From Candidatus Puniceispirillales bacterium (GTDB taxonomy: Bacteria; Pseudomonadota; Alphaproteobacteria; Puniceispirillales; UBA1172): DNA of 64,000 nt. Below the pieces are notes generated by a model. It searched no databases. It worked only from the letters and a program-made list of their open reading frames with translations, and was not told the origin of the DNA. Both the position numbers and the translations under genes were made by a program. Positions 43,298-52,652 of this stretch are shown here, in pieces. Location of the stretch: positions 27,203 through 91,202 of the forward strand of contig CBFHXL010000003.1 in NCBI GenBank assembly GCA_965659785.1. Direction: 5' to 3'. Each line of letters starts with the position of its first letter. Position 1 is the stretch's first letter.

Positions 43298-44433
43298 GTG
43301 TTATCATCCTCATGGTCAAAGCTACGATAGCCAGATATCGTCAACCCATAGCCATCTAGGCCAACGATATTGCGCTGAACATTTGACAACAGGATCATTT
43401 TATCGACGCCAAGATCATTTAGTATCTGCGCCCCAACACCATAATTTCTAATCTCATTTCGGCTGGTCTTATCCCCCGAAACTTTGCGCTGAACAAGATC
43501 AGAAATCGTTGTTGGGCTTGGCTCTCGCAACATAACGATTAACCCTCTGCCTTCATCCGCGATCATCTGCATCGCGGTTTGAATTTCATTCCCTGTCCGG
43601 CCAGATAATTCTTCACCCAACACATCAGTCATCAGATTAATGGCGTGCATCCGCACCAAAACCGGTTCAGGTGATGACAAATCCCCTTTAATCAAAACAA
43701 TGTGTTCAGCATAGCTAGCGGTATTAACATAAACCATCATGCGCCAATCGCCGCCAATGGATGAACGAAAAATAATCTCGCCACTACGCTTGATAATGGT
43801 CTGGCGGCGGCGTTTCCATGCAATCAAATCAGCAATCGTACCAATGCCTAACTGATGCGTTTTGGCAAAATCTTCAAGAAAATCGCGGTCAGCAAGCGAA
43901 CCATCTTCGTTCATGATCTGGCAAAGCACACCTGCAGGCCAGCTTCCTGCCGCTCTGGCGATATCAACCACGGCTTCTGTCCTGCCAGCGCGCACCAATG
44001 TTCCGCCCTCTTTGGCAATCAGAGGGAAAAGATGCCCCGGCGAGACAATATCAGACGCCCCATAAGCCGGATCAGCCGCCACACGGATACTATGCGCCCT
44101 ATCCATAGCAGATACCCCGGTAGAGATACCAAGCCTAGCCTCAATGGAAATGGTAATAGCGGAATGGCGCGGCGAGTCAAACATCCGGTCATGAAAGTTC
44201 AACCCCAAATTGGTTGCCCTGTCCCGTTCTATCGCTAGACAAATAATGCCGCGCGCGTGTTTAAGCATCGCATTGACAGCCTTGTCATCGCAATGTTCTG
44301 CCAGAATACAAAGATCACCTGTGGATGAGCCGTCACGATCATCCACCAGAATAAACATTTTTCCGGCTTTGGCATCATCCAAAAGGCGGTCAATCGCGGT
44401 AACAGAAAGTTGATCTGTTTGATCGGGGGTCAC
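43294..44433 (-). CDS. RibBA-like two-domain protein (DHBP-synthase-like plus GTP-cyclohydrolase-II-like) with both catalytic motif sets substituted
   Basis: Domain 1 retains TGVSAMDR and PGHLFPL. However, it has DDRDGSSTGDL in place of DDEDRENEGDL, and RAGRTEA in place of RGGHTEA. Domain 2 retains ADEGRGLIVML and YGVGAQIL. However, it has RMHAINLMTDVLGEELSGRTGNE where RibA has HSECLTGD...RCDCG. Confidence 0.8.
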   Translation of the reverse strand: MTPDQTDQLSVTAIDRLLDDAKAGKMFILVDDRDGSSTGDLCILAEHCDDKAVNAMLKHARGIICLAIERDRATNLGLNFHDRMFDSPRHSAITISIEARLGISTGVSAMDRAHSIRVAADPAYGASDIVSPGHLFPLIAKEGGTLVRAGRTEAVVDIARAAGSWPAGVLCQIMNEDGSLADRDFLEDFAKTHQLGIGTIADLIAWKRRRQTIIKRSGEIIFRSSIGGDWRMMVYVNTASYAEHIVLIKGDLSSPEPVLVRMHAINLMTDVLGEELSGRTGNEIQTAMQMIADEGRGLIVMLREPSPTTISDLVQRKVSGDKTSRNEIRNYGVGAQILNDLGVDKMILLSNVQRNIVGLDGYGLTISGYRSFDHEDDNT

Positions 44434-45053
44434 TTTTCCAACCCTTTCCGAACGATATCCTGATGAAACTGCGCCATTCGAGCAACATATCTGGCTAGCA
44501 TATCGACTTCAACATTCACGCTTGCCCCAAGGGCGCAATCCGCCAAAGTGGTGTTTGCCCATGTATGTGGCACGACCATAATTTCAAACATCGTGTCTTT
44601 GACCCGATTAACCGTAAGGGAAATCCCATCAAGGGTAATTGACCCCTTAGCGGCAACAAATGGGGCTAATTCTTCAGGCAGATCAAACGCCATCAGGTAA
44701 CTATCCCCTTCTGGCACAATTTTTGTCACCACGCCTTTGCCATCAACATGACCAGAAACAATATGCCCCCCCAACTCATCACCAAGCGCTAATGCTCTTT
44801 CCAGATTGATCCGGCAACCCACTTGCCAATCAGCCATGGTGGTGACCTTTAGGGTCTCGTCAGACGCATCAACCATAAAGCTGTTGGCGGTGGCATCAAC
44901 AAGGGTTAGGCAAATCCCGCTACACGCGATGGATGACCCCTCTGCAATAGCCTTACAATCCCATGGTGTCTGGATTTCAAGCCTAGCGCCCCCATCAGAT
45001 TTATGATTGATAGCGACCAATTCCCCTAGCGCGGTAATTATTCCTGTGAACAT
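44430..45053 (-). CDS. ribE: Riboflavin synthase (alpha chain)
   Basis: MFTGII N-terminus and two lumazine-binding repeats (GSSIACSGICLT / GSITLDGISLT). Confidence 0.93.
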   Translation of the reverse strand: MFTGIITALGELVAINHKSDGGARLEIQTPWDCKAIAEGSSIACSGICLTLVDATANSFMVDASDETLKVTTMADWQVGCRINLERALALGDELGGHIVSGHVDGKGVVTKIVPEGDSYLMAFDLPEELAPFVAAKGSITLDGISLTVNRVKDTMFEIMVVPHTWANTTLADCALGASVNVEVDMLARYVARMAQFHQDIVRKGLEK

Positions 45054-45091
45054 TGTTTACTCATGCTTTCAAAAACCTTTGTCTTCTCTCA

Positions 45092-46201
45092 TCACTTGCT
45101 TGGTTGGCGTTGCCATATTTCCAGCACATCATCCCCAAGCATCTGCCGTTGATCAAGGCGAAAGCCCCTGCCAGCATCAAGCTCTGATAAGCCAAGATCA
45201 GCAACAGCAGGCAATCCGTCACCGCCGATGATCATGGGATTTCTAATCCAGATCATACGATCCACCAACCCGGCTTTAATAAATGAGGCCAGTATCTTTC
45301 CGCCAGCCTCTATCAGAACGCTGGTCATACCTTGTTTTGCTAGAACTGACAAGGTGTTCATGGGATCAGGGCGACCATCTTTATCGGATTGAGCCGCCTC
45401 AATTTTAACCGCTTCTGGCAAGGCCGCCTGTAAGGAAGACGGGTCAGGGCTAATCACCATGGTCCGGTATTGCGCGGATGTGGCAAAAATTGCAGACGCC
45501 GGATCAAGATTTTGCCCAGATGTCATCACCACCCGAAGCGGTTGATGGGTGATGCCGTCTAATCGGCAAGTCAACATGGGGTTATCCGCCCTCACCGTAC
45601 CTGCCCCTGTTAAGATAGCGTCATGGCGTGACCGCAACAGGTGAACATATTGCCTAGCTAATGCCTCGGTAATCCATTGTGAGGTGCCATCTTTTAGTGC
45701 AATTTTCCCGTCAAGCGAGGTCGCAATTTTTACCGTGACCTGTGGTCGCCCATATCGGCGCGTGTGATGATAACCTGCTAACTGATGAGCAACCGCATCA
45801 TCAAGAACCCCTGAAGTGACGGCAATACCTGCCGCGGTCATAGCCGCGATCCCCCTGCCAGATACCCTATCATCAGGGTCTTGATTACCGATCACGACCC
45901 GGGCAATGCCTGCCGCGATTAACGCCTCACAGCAAGGGGGAGTCTGCCCATGATGCGAGCAAGGCTCAAGCGTGACATAGGCCGTTGCCCCTTTGGCAAG
46001 ATCACCAGCAGAGGCAAGAGCAACGGTTTCTGCGTGAGGACGGCCACCATCCGCGGTCACACCGCGCCCTACCAAAACTTCATTTTTAACAAGGATACAA
46101 CCAACAGAAGGATTGGGTGCAGTGCGCCCATCACCACGCCGCGCCATCATTAACGCTGCTCGCATCCATTTCCGATCTGCGGCAGAAATCACATCAGACA
46201 T
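45092..46201 (-). CDS. ribD: Bifunctional diaminohydroxyphosphoribosylaminopyrimidine deaminase / 5-amino-6-(5-phosphoribosylamino)uracil reductase
   Basis: The deaminase zinc motifs are intact (PHAE and LEPCSHHGQTPPCC). The reductase domain has VTVKIATSLDGKIA. Confidence 0.93.
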   Translation of the reverse strand: MSDVISAADRKWMRAALMMARRGDGRTAPNPSVGCILVKNEVLVGRGVTADGGRPHAETVALASAGDLAKGATAYVTLEPCSHHGQTPPCCEALIAAGIARVVIGNQDPDDRVSGRGIAAMTAAGIAVTSGVLDDAVAHQLAGYHHTRRYGRPQVTVKIATSLDGKIALKDGTSQWITEALARQYVHLLRSRHDAILTGAGTVRADNPMLTCRLDGITHQPLRVVMTSGQNLDPASAIFATSAQYRTMVISPDPSSLQAALPEAVKIEAAQSDKDGRPDPMNTLSVLAKQGMTSVLIEAGGKILASFIKAGLVDRMIWIRNPMIIGGDGLPAVADLGLSELDAGRGFRLDQRQMLGDDVLEIWQRQPSK

Positions 46202-46252
46202 TCGTCACGCCCAATACCTAGAAGTTGCGCCCATCAAGAAAGGCAAGTGAGG

Positions 46253-46705
46253 TTATTTGTCCAATTCATCCTTGACGAAATTACCGAAATCCTGCGCTTC
46301 GCGGAAGTTTCGGTAAACCGAAGCATAACGAACATAAGCAACCTTGTCGATCTGGGCCAATTCTTCCATGACCAGGCGACCAATTTCTTGGGTTGTTGTT
46401 TCCCCTTCGCCTTGGGATTCCAGCTTACGGACAATGTTATTGATGCGTTGCTGAACCATATCAGGGTCAACATTGCGCTTACGAAGGGCAATATTCATAG
46501 AGCGTTCCAGTTTATCGCGATCAAAGGGTGAGCGTTTGTTGTTTCGCTTCACCACCATTAATTCCCGCAACTGAACACGTTCAAACGTGGTAAATCGCGC
46601 CTCACATGAGGCGCATTGACGGCGACGGCGGATAGCCGCGCCATCCTCGCAAGGACGCGAATCCTTGACTTGTGTATCCTGATGTCGGCAAAAGGGGCAA
46701 TCCAT
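46253..46705 (-). CDS. nrdR: Transcriptional repressor NrdR
   Basis: [17 protein letters not shown]...[12 protein letters not shown] zinc ribbon plus an ATP-cone. 150 aa. Confidence 0.95.
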   Translation of the reverse strand: MDCPFCRHQDTQVKDSRPCEDGAAIRRRRQCASCEARFTTFERVQLRELMVVKRNNKRSPFDRDKLERSMNIALRKRNVDPDMVQQRINNIVRKLESQGEGETTTQEIGRLVMEELAQIDKVAYVRYASVYRNFREAQDFGNFVKDELDK

Positions 46706-46753
46706 GGGGATAACCTACAAGTTATTGATGAATGCCCCTTTTATACACAAAAT

Positions 46754-48040
46754 CTAGTAAATTGGAAAGGCACGACAAAGATCGTGAACTTTTTTCTTAA
46801 CCGCCTCTTCCACCGGACTGTTATCGTTACGGTTGCTGGCAAGGCCGTCTAGCACCTCACCGATAAGCAAGCCGACCTGACGGAACTCATCCTTACCAAA
46901 GCCGCGAGTCGTCGCCGCAGGTGTGCCAAGGCGAATACCAGAAGTCACCATGGGCTTTTCAGGATCAAATGGCACCCCGTTTTTGTTGCAGGTGATATCC
47001 GCCCGTTCCAAGGATACCTCAGAGATATCACCAGTTAGGTTTTTAGGACGGAGGTCAACCAGAACAATATGGTTATCGGTGCCGCCAGAGACGATATCAA
47101 ACCCACATTCCAAGAGCGTATCTGACAACACTTTGGCATTATCAACCACATTGTTGATATAGGTCTTGAACTCAGGCTTGAGCGCCTCGCCAAATCCGGC
47201 TGCCTTGCCCGCAATAGCGTGCATCAAGGGCCCACCCTGAAGACCGGGGAACATGGCTGAATTGATCTTTTTACCCAAAGCTTCATCATTGCTGAGAATA
47301 ATTCCGCCACGCGAACAACGCAGGGTCTTATGTGTGGTGGAGGTTACGACATGAGCGTGTTCAAGAGGGCTAGCATGGGCGCCTGTAGCCACAAGACCAG
47401 AGATATGCGCCATATCAACCATTAAATACGCCCCACAACTATCAGCAATATCGCGGAAGCGTTTGAAATCAATAACACGCGGATAAGCCGAACCACCAGC
47501 AATGATCATTTTTGGCTTATGTTCATCAGCGAGACGCTGAATTTCCTCATAATCCAAAACGCCATCTTCACGGCGCACCCCATATTGCACAGCGTTAAAC
47601 CATTTCCCGGATAAATTCGGGGCAGAACCGTGGGTCAAATGACCACCAGCGGCAAGAGACATCCCAAGAATAGTATCGCCCGGCTTAAGAAGCGCAAGAA
47701 ACACCCCTTGATTGGCCTGCGCCCCTGAATGCGGCTGAACATTAGCCCAAGCACAGTTAAACAGTGCCTTGGCCCGATCAATGGCCAGTTTTTCAACAAC
47801 ATCAACAAACTCACATCCGCCATAATAACGGCGGCCGGGATAGCCCTCAGCGTATTTGTTTGTCAAAATGGAGCCCTGTGCTTCAAGCACAGCCCGACTG
47901 ACAATATTTTCAGAAGCAATCAATTCAATGCCATCGCGCTGGCGCGTCATTTCATTGTCAATCGCAGAGAACAAATCATGGTCTGTTTCTGTCATCGGTG
48001 AATTGAAAAAGGTTTTCATTTCATTCATGTTTTTCTCCAT
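46754..48040 (-). CDS. glyA: Serine hydroxymethyltransferase
   Basis: LIASEN, the PLP-lysine context [14 protein letters not shown] and GGPLMH. The start could be one of three nearby Met codons (M1, M5 or M8). Confidence 0.95.
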   Translation of the reverse strand: MEKNMNEMKTFFNSPMTETDHDLFSAIDNEMTRQRDGIELIASENIVSRAVLEAQGSILTNKYAEGYPGRRYYGGCEFVDVVEKLAIDRAKALFNCAWANVQPHSGAQANQGVFLALLKPGDTILGMSLAAGGHLTHGSAPNLSGKWFNAVQYGVRREDGVLDYEEIQRLADEHKPKMIIAGGSAYPRVIDFKRFRDIADSCGAYLMVDMAHISGLVATGAHASPLEHAHVVTSTTHKTLRCSRGGIILSNDEALGKKINSAMFPGLQGGPLMHAIAGKAAGFGEALKPEFKTYINNVVDNAKVLSDTLLECGFDIVSGGTDNHIVLVDLRPKNLTGDISEVSLERADITCNKNGVPFDPEKPMVTSGIRLGTPAATTRGFGKDEFRQVGLLIGEVLDGLASNRNDNSPVEEAVKKKVHDLCRAFPIY

Positions 48041-48052
48041 TAAACGCTTGTG

Positions 48053-48511
48053 CTACCTGCCTTCGATATCCTTAACAGGCAAAACAGTCAACTTCTCTAC
48101 TCTAGCCGCATGGCGACCACCTTCAAAGGCTGTGTCAACAAACGCATCAAGGCTAGCCAACGCGGTTGTTGTCCCGATTAATCGTTCACCTAATGCTATT
48201 ACATTAGCATCGTTGTGTTGACGAGAAAGAATCGCGGTTGTGACATCATGGCACAGGGCAGCGCGAATCCAAGGAAAACGGTTAGCCGCAATGGAAATGC
48301 CAATGCCACTGCCGCAAATAAGAACACCCATCGCATCTGATACAGGTTTCATATGATGCGCCAGTTTAGCGGCATAATCAGGATAATCAACTTTCTCGCC
48401 TTCATCAGGACCAAGATCATGCACCATCATCCCACGATCCTTAAGATGCGAGGCGATCTGGTGACGCAAGGTGATGCCTGCGTGATCAGAGGCTAAATAT
48501 ATTTCCAGCAT
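48053..48511 (-). CDS. rpiB: Ribose-5-phosphate isomerase B
   Basis: MLEIYLASDHAG and LICGSGIGISIAANR. I trimmed the start to M13 of the track ORF. Confidence 0.9.
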   Translation of the reverse strand: MLEIYLASDHAGITLRHQIASHLKDRGMMVHDLGPDEGEKVDYPDYAAKLAHHMKPVSDAMGVLICGSGIGISIAANRFPWIRAALCHDVTTAILSRQHNDANVIALGERLIGTTTALASLDAFVDTAFEGGRHAARVEKLTVLPVKDIEGR

Positions 48512-48683
48512 GGCAATTTCCGCTTCTGTCATCATGATAAAAATCAAGTTAGGTAATCATATAAACAAAATTCCAAAAAAACAGTAACAAACCGTGTTTT
48601 TTTATAGTGACAAGGGCAATTTTATATCTTAGTCTTTTTTATGAAAGCTGAGGTTGGGGAGGAACCAAAGCATAATATATATA

Positions 48684-48720
48684 AAACCTGATGGTGAGGT
48701 TAGCGCCTTACCATTTTTTT
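48684..48720 (-). terminator. Possible terminator hairpin after the DUF1467 gene
   Basis: The minus strand reads ATGGTAAGG-CGCTAA-CCTCACCAT (one mismatch) followed by CAGGTTTTATAT. The plus strand has a T7 run, so it could act in both directions. Confidence 0.35.
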
Positions 48721-48980
48721 TATCCTTTTCCAGCGTCTATCCGCGCCAAATCCCTAAACGAAAACCAGCCGGATTGAATAATCAACCACACCACCACCCA
48801 TAATCCTATGGCAATGACCGTTGTGATCAGCAATTTGATCACAATGCGTGGCTTTTCAGGCGCTGATGGGGCATGGCCTTCTTCAGGGGCTTTTGCCGCT
48901 TTCGCGCCAAAGGGTAAGACCATGAACAGCACCCACCACCACAGCAAAATATAAACGACAACACCTGATACGATATCCAT
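48720..48980 (-). CDS. DUF1467 family small membrane protein
   Basis: 86 aa with two TM segments (VVYILLWWWVLFMVLPFG...). It sits in the conserved position after mce in Alphaproteobacteria. Confidence 0.7.
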   Translation of the reverse strand: MDIVSGVVVYILLWWWVLFMVLPFGAKAAKAPEEGHAPSAPEKPRIVIKLLITTVIAIGLWVVVWLIIQSGWFSFRDLARIDAGKG

Positions 48981-49384
48981 TAGATTTGCTCCAACTCAAT
49001 CAATGTGCCGGTGACATCTTTCGGGTGGATAAACAGCACAGGTTTGCCATGCGCCCCTATCTTTGGATTACCGTCCCCTAACACTCTCGCCCCCTCTTTT
49101 ACCAAATGATCACGCGCAGACAGGATATCCTCAACCTCAAAGCAAATATGATGAATGCCGCCTTCAGGGTTTTTATCAAGAAACCGCCCAATTGGGCTAT
49201 CATCGCCCAAAGGTTCCAGCAATTCGATCTTTGTGTTGCCAAGCGCAATAAAAACAACCGTCACGCCATGATCTGGTTGCGGCAATGGGTCTGATAATGT
49301 TGCGCCAAGGCGACCACGCCACTCTGCGCAGGCCTTTGCCAAGTCAGGAACCGCAATCGCGATATGATTAACCCGTTCCAGCAT
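48980..49384 (-). CDS. mce: Methylmalonyl-CoA epimerase (VOC/glyoxalase fold)
   Basis: MLERVNHIAIAVPDL...GGIHHICFEV...IHPKD. I trimmed the start to 49384. The longer track ORF would overlap rnj. Confidence 0.85.
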   Translation of the reverse strand: MLERVNHIAIAVPDLAKACAEWRGRLGATLSDPLPQPDHGVTVVFIALGNTKIELLEPLGDDSPIGRFLDKNPEGGIHHICFEVEDILSARDHLVKEGARVLGDGNPKIGAHGKPVLFIHPKDVTGTLIELEQI

Positions 49385-49388
49385 ATCC

Positions 49389-51065
49389 TTATTCCCCAGC
49401 ATCCAATGCGGCAACGCGCATGAGATGCACCTGAATAACTGGCCTGCGGTCAGCCATAGATTTAGCAAGGCCGCGCAAGGCCTTTGCCACCATATCTTCG
49501 ACCTTCCTATCATCAAAGCGTGCTGATTTGGGCATATTGGTAAAGGCGTCCTCAATCAGCAACATCGCTTCAGCCAGATAACTGCTCTCCTTATCACCAT
49601 CGACAATGCCGTTCTGAGTGACCATGGGGCTAGCGCAAAGCTCCCCTCGTTCACTCAACACCAGACTGGCTGTGACTGTTCCGTTCCACATCATTTTGCG
49701 GCGGCTTTGCATCGACGCCCCATAAAGTGGAATGATATCACCGCCCTCAATCGTCATCAGTCCGGTTTCTGCCCCGCCAACAACAGCCATAGGGCCGGGG
49801 GAAAGCCTAATCACCTGACCATTTTCAGGGATATGCACTTGCGGCACCTGACAATCCTTTGCTAATTGGGCATGGGCTTTCACATGACGGGACGTGCCAT
49901 GAACCGGAATGGCGATATCTGGACGGATCATTTGATACATGGCGGTCATATCATCACGCGCCGGATGCCCAGAAACATGGATAGGCGCATCATCAGCGCT
50001 AATGACCTTAATGCCGCGCATGATCAAATTGTCCTGAACCTTACCAATTGCGGCTTCGTTGCCGGGAATTTCACGCGAGGAAAACAGAACCGTGTCCCCT
50101 TCTTCCAATGAAATGAGATGATGCGTCCCCATCGCAATTCGCGTCATCGCTGAACGCGGCTCTCCCTGAGAGCCAGAGCAAATCATTAAGATATTTTCCT
50201 TTGGAATGAGGCTGAAATCATCCATGGAAAGCATATCTGGCCAATCTTTGAGATACCCACAATGCCGCGCCGCCTCAAACACCCGGTTAAGCGCTCTGCC
50301 AACAAGCATTGGGCTTCGCCCTGTTTGTCTTGCCGCCTCAACCAGAGAATTCAGCCGCGCCACATTTGAAGCAAAACAAGTGACAGCAACCCTGCCCTTT
50401 TGTTGAGAAATCGTATCAATCAGGCCTTGTCTGGCCGTCTCTTCGCTTGGGGTTGAACCTTCGACGAGGGCATTGGTTGAATCGCCAATCATGGCAAGAA
50501 CGCCATCATCCCCAAGGGTTTTTAAGCGATCTATATCAGAAACAGGCCCAAGCTGAGGGTCAGTGTCAAACTTCCAGTCCCCTGTATGGAAAATCTGCTC
50601 ACCTCCGGCTTGGATGATTAATCCGGCAGGATCAGGAATGGAATGGGTCAAGGCAATCATTTCCACGGTAAATGGGCCTATTGGCAAAGGACGGTTATAA
50701 GAAATGACCTTAAGCGGGACGTCATCTTCAAGGCCATGTTCAATCAGCTTTTGCCGCAACAAAGACAAGGTGAAGGCGGTTCCATAAACAGGACACCGCA
50801 ATTTTCTCCATAAATAAGGCACAGCGCCAAGATGATCTTCATGCCCATGGGTAATCACTAAGCCTGCCAAATCTGCGGTCTTGTCATCCAGAAATGCCAG
50901 ATCAGGTAAAACCACATCAACACCCGGCATGGAATCATCTGGAAAATTAATCCCCAAATCCACCATCATCCAAACCCCATCATAATGATAGAGATTAGCG
51001 TTCATGCCGATTTCACCTGATCCCCCAAGAGGGGCAAACAAAAAATCTTTTTTCTTCCAACTCAT
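49389..51065 (-). CDS. rnj: Ribonuclease J
   Basis: Metallo-beta-lactamase motif ITHGHEDHLGA plus beta-CASP and C-terminal domains. 558 aa. Confidence 0.9.
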   Translation of the reverse strand: MSWKKKDFLFAPLGGSGEIGMNANLYHYDGVWMMVDLGINFPDDSMPGVDVVLPDLAFLDDKTADLAGLVITHGHEDHLGAVPYLWRKLRCPVYGTAFTLSLLRQKLIEHGLEDDVPLKVISYNRPLPIGPFTVEMIALTHSIPDPAGLIIQAGGEQIFHTGDWKFDTDPQLGPVSDIDRLKTLGDDGVLAMIGDSTNALVEGSTPSEETARQGLIDTISQQKGRVAVTCFASNVARLNSLVEAARQTGRSPMLVGRALNRVFEAARHCGYLKDWPDMLSMDDFSLIPKENILMICSGSQGEPRSAMTRIAMGTHHLISLEEGDTVLFSSREIPGNEAAIGKVQDNLIMRGIKVISADDAPIHVSGHPARDDMTAMYQMIRPDIAIPVHGTSRHVKAHAQLAKDCQVPQVHIPENGQVIRLSPGPMAVVGGAETGLMTIEGGDIIPLYGASMQSRRKMMWNGTVTASLVLSERGELCASPMVTQNGIVDGDKESSYLAEAMLLIEDAFTNMPKSARFDDRKVEDMVAKALRGLAKSMADRRPVIQVHLMRVAALDAGE

Positions 51066-51850
51066 GAATGGTCCTGTTGGCGTTCAAAAATAATCGCCAA
51101 TCCTTTAAGGGTCAGGTTAGCATCGTAATGGTCTATGATGCTGACGGCATCGGCAAACAACTGCCCTAATCCGCCTGTTGCCAAAACCGTGACGTGATCA
51201 CTAGAAATATCTGCCTTCATACGGGCGACAATGCCCTCAACCAGACTGACATAACCAAAAAACAGGCCGCTATTCATAGCCTCAATCGTAGTTTTACCAA
51301 TCACGGTCATATCTGTATGCCAGTTTTTCGGATCAATCAACGGCAGTCTTGCCGCAGCCTGATAAAGCGCCCCCACCGATAAGTTCACCCCGGGTGAGAT
51401 CACACCGCCGCAATACGCCCCTTTTTCCGAAACATAATCAAAGGTTGTGGCGGTGCCAAAATCAATGACAATGGCAGGGCGCGAATAATAATGCGATACC
51501 GCCGCCGTATTGGCAATGCGGTCAGCGCCAGCCTGTTCCGGCTTATCAATCGCAATCATTACCCCGTGGGATAGATCATCCCCCATCAAGACATATCTAG
51601 GGACAGGCAAATACCGATCAGCAAATCGCTTGAGCGCAGGCAGGGTATCAGGAACAACGGTGGAAATAATAACACCGCTAATATCGCTTAACGCAAAACT
51701 ATGATTAGCCAGATGAAAGGATAACCAAGCGGCATAATCATCCGCTGTTGTTGCTGATGCGGTGGCCATCCGCCAAGTCAAATAGTCATCTTCGGCTTTT
51801 CGCAACCCAAAGACGATATTTGTATTTCCAACATCAATGGCAAGAAGCAT
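51062..51850 (-). CDS. coaX: Type III pantothenate kinase
   Basis: MLLAIDVGNTN N-terminus and DFGTATTFD. 262 aa. Confidence 0.92.
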   Translation of the reverse strand: MLLAIDVGNTNIVFGLRKAEDDYLTWRMATASATTADDYAAWLSFHLANHSFALSDISGVIISTVVPDTLPALKRFADRYLPVPRYVLMGDDLSHGVMIAIDKPEQAGADRIANTAAVSHYYSRPAIVIDFGTATTFDYVSEKGAYCGGVISPGVNLSVGALYQAAARLPLIDPKNWHTDMTVIGKTTIEAMNSGLFFGYVSLVEGIVARMKADISSDHVTVLATGGLGQLFADAVSIIDHYDANLTLKGLAIIFERQQDHS

Positions 51851-51857
51851 AGTTTCC

Positions 51858-52652
51858 TCAATTTCCGAGTGGTGCCAGAGGCCTAGCCCGTTTCACATCA
51901 CCTGCGGCTAGGGATAGCATATCTCCACCTGCTAATTCTAGTCGCATTGTGCCATCGGGATTTATGCCGCGAAACACGCCTTCTATGGTGTCATGGGCTT
52001 CATCTTGAATATAAATCTTTTGACCAAGAAAGGCGGCACGCGCCATCCATTCCTGCAAACACTCTTGAAAACCGCTATCCTGCCAGTTGGATAAGGCGGC
52101 TTCCATCTCAATGATCAGACCATCACGAAACGCATCTAAGGTGATCATGGCCTCGCTTGCGGCCTTATCCTGACGGGTGTTGTTGATGATATCCGCCAAA
52201 CAAATAGCAGGCCAGCCACCCTCCGTCACCTCAGGCGCAGAGACCAGATTGACCCCAACCCCTATAATCAGGCCTTTTTCATGCGCTTCAATAAGGATGC
52301 CTGCTATTTTTTTGCCATCTACCAAAACATCGTTGGGCCATTTCAGGCTGATCCGATTAGGCGCTATGACCTGATCAAGAGCTTTGGCTAAAGCTACCGA
52401 TACCACCAGAGAAACCCCCGGCCATTCCATCATTGGGCGCGTTGGTAAAAACACAACAGACAGATAAAGATTGCCTTTGGGCGATGACCAAAACCGCCCA
52501 TGACGGCCTCGACCTTTGGTTTGGATTAGGGCCTGAAACGCAGCTCCGGATGCCGCGCCATCTGATAAGGCTTGTCTTGCTAAATCTGAAGTGCTGGTAG
52601 CTTCGTCATAGACCGAAACCGAGATCGAAACCCTCACCTTACCCTGCCACAA
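51858..52652 (-). CDS. birA: Biotin--[acetyl-CoA-carboxylase] ligase (no HTH domain)
   Basis: GRGRHGRFWSSPKGNLYLS and KWPNDVLVDGKKIAGIL. The start is uncertain because the track ORF overlaps the nuoN stop by 14 nt. Confidence 0.88.
   Translation of the reverse strand: MWQGKVRVSISVSVYDEATSTSDLARQALSDGAASGAAFQALIQTKGRGRHGRFWSSPKGNLYLSVVFLPTRPMMEWPGVSLVVSVALAKALDQVIAPNRISLKWPNDVLVDGKKIAGILIEAHEKGLIIGVGVNLVSAPEVTEGGWPAICLADIINNTRQDKAASEAMITLDAFRDGLIIEMEAALSNWQDSGFQECLQEWMARAAFLGQKIYIQDEAHDTIEGVFRGINPDGTMRLELAGGDMLSLAAGDVKRARPLAPLGN

Noticed and set aside
49384-49555. Long N-terminal extensions in the ORF track for mce. The same applies to nuoI (59033-59135), nuoG (62151-62208), nuoF (63445-63487), rpiB and livG.
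   Set aside because: The extensions overlap the upstream genes and precede well-conserved canonical N-termini. I trimmed them to the internal Met codons that match family N-termini.
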